Positions 55,272 through 56,058 of a stretch of 56,058 bases of DNA are shown here, in pieces. This stretch comes from a virus (lineage: Duplodnaviria > Caudoviricetes). The stretch is from positions 1-56,058 of the IMG/VR virus record IMGVR_UViG_3300030102_004176. One strand, written 5' to 3'. The notes below the pieces were generated by a model. The model did not search any database. It had not been told where the DNA came from and saw nothing but the letters and a program-made list of their open reading frames with translations. The translations under genes and the position numbers were made by a program. Every line of letters starts with the position of its first letter. The stretch's first letter is position 1.

Positions 55272-56058
55272 ATGTTACAAGGATTAATGTTGCCTATTTT
55301 AATTGGAGGTGGAATAGGTGCAATTTCAGCGATGGCTAGAGGCGAATCAGGAAGAAATATTTTTAAATCATTTGGTTTGGGAGCACTGTTAGGTGGTATT
55401 GGTGGTTATGCTATGCAGGGCATAGGTGGCGCAGCAGCTGGTGGTGCAGGTGGTGGCGCAGCAGCTGGTGGTGCAGGTTCAGCAGCTACTGGTGCCGGAG
55501 TAACAGGCACAGGCGCAACAGCAAGTTTTATGGCAGGTTCTACAAAAGCTGCACAACAAGCAGCAGCAAATATAGCGGCACAAAGTGCAGCTAGAGCACC
55601 TCTATCAACCTTACAATCAATAGGTATTGGAACAACAGCAGGACAATTAGGAAGTTCTTTAGCAGCTAGTCCTCCACCAAGTATGGCTGAACAAATGGAG
55701 ATGGCATCACCTTATAGTGAAGAAGCTTATGCTGAAGCTTATGGTAGAGCAAGAGATAGCTTACAAGGCATTGGAGAGAGAGCAGTCTATGCAGATGAGC
55801 CAGCAGGACAACAACAAGCCTTATATGATTTTCAAACACCAAGATATCAACTAGCACAAGGTGGTATAGTTGATGCTATTCCTAGATACAGAGAAGGTGG
55901 TGTAAATTATTTACCAAGCAAATCAGATCACGATGAAAATGATGCAACTAATTATGTTCGAGCTATGGGATATGTAGAAGATGGTTCTGGTAACGGAGAT
56001 AAAGATGAAGATACTATGTTAGCACAACTAGCAGATGGAGAATTCGTTTCTCGTGCCG
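55272..56058 (+). CDS. Gly/Ala-rich internal virion protein, partial (runs off the window)
   Basis: RBS AGGAG; MLQGLMLPILIGGGIG...LAQGG...YREGG...DTMLAQLADGEFV; no stop codon before the end. Confidence 0.75.
   Translation, partial: MLQGLMLPILIGGGIGAISAMARGESGRNIFKSFGLGALLGGIGGYAMQGIGGAAAGGAGGGAAAGGAGSAATGAGVTGTGATASFMAGSTKAAQQAAANIAAQSAARAPLSTLQSIGIGTTAGQLGSSLAASPPPSMAEQMEMASPYSEEAYAEAYGRARDSLQGIGERAVYADEPAGQQQALYDFQTPRYQLAQGGIVDAIPRYREGGVNYLPSKSDHDENDATNYVRAMGYVEDGSGNGDKDEDTMLAQLADGEFVSRA

Noticed and set aside
55424-55478. 27-bp tandem repeat
   Set aside because: An ordinary in-frame Gly/Ala linker duplication.
1-56058. tRNA genes, integrase, phage RNA polymerase, alternative genetic code
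   Set aside because: None were recognised by eye, and genes are intact under the standard code with all three stop codons used. A tRNAscan-SE run would confirm the absence of tRNAs.

Overview
A near-complete, circularly permuted genome of an AT-rich, tailed dsDNA bacteriophage. Both ends of the window fall inside the internal-virion (ejection) protein cluster. Gene content and order resemble marine podoviruses of the HTVC023P pelagiphage/uvMED type; this is recognition by eye, not a database result. Modules in order: ejection proteins (1-5965); replication (PD-(D/E)XK exonuclease, SNF2 helicase, SSB, primase-polymerase, UvrD helicase, family-A DNA polymerase; 7060-16441); small middle genes with a PAPS-reductase-family protein and an HNH nuclease; an iteron/inverted-repeat locus before terS; three repeat-delimited early-gene cassettes (21980-25125); then terL, portal, GroES, scaffold, major capsid, tail/receptor-binding proteins and two glycosyltransferases. 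No integrase, RNA polymerase, tRNA or CRISPR array was seen. Strongest observation: an unlisted 24-codon gene at 33530-33604 encoding a PqqA-like RiPP precursor (MWSKPVITEISVGLEINSYACAEK, E-x3-Y motif). It has its own RBS, candidate promoter and hairpin, and no pqqBCDE are present. Also notable: a minus-strand hairpin RNA (20778-20831) that hides the RBS of a small membrane-protein gene and is complementary to the early-cassette leaders; a 23-bp inverted repeat pair bracketing the non-structural block; a Mu-gpT-DE-like pseudoknot RNA after the capsid gene; and a short GG peptide motif shared by about ten unrelated proteins.
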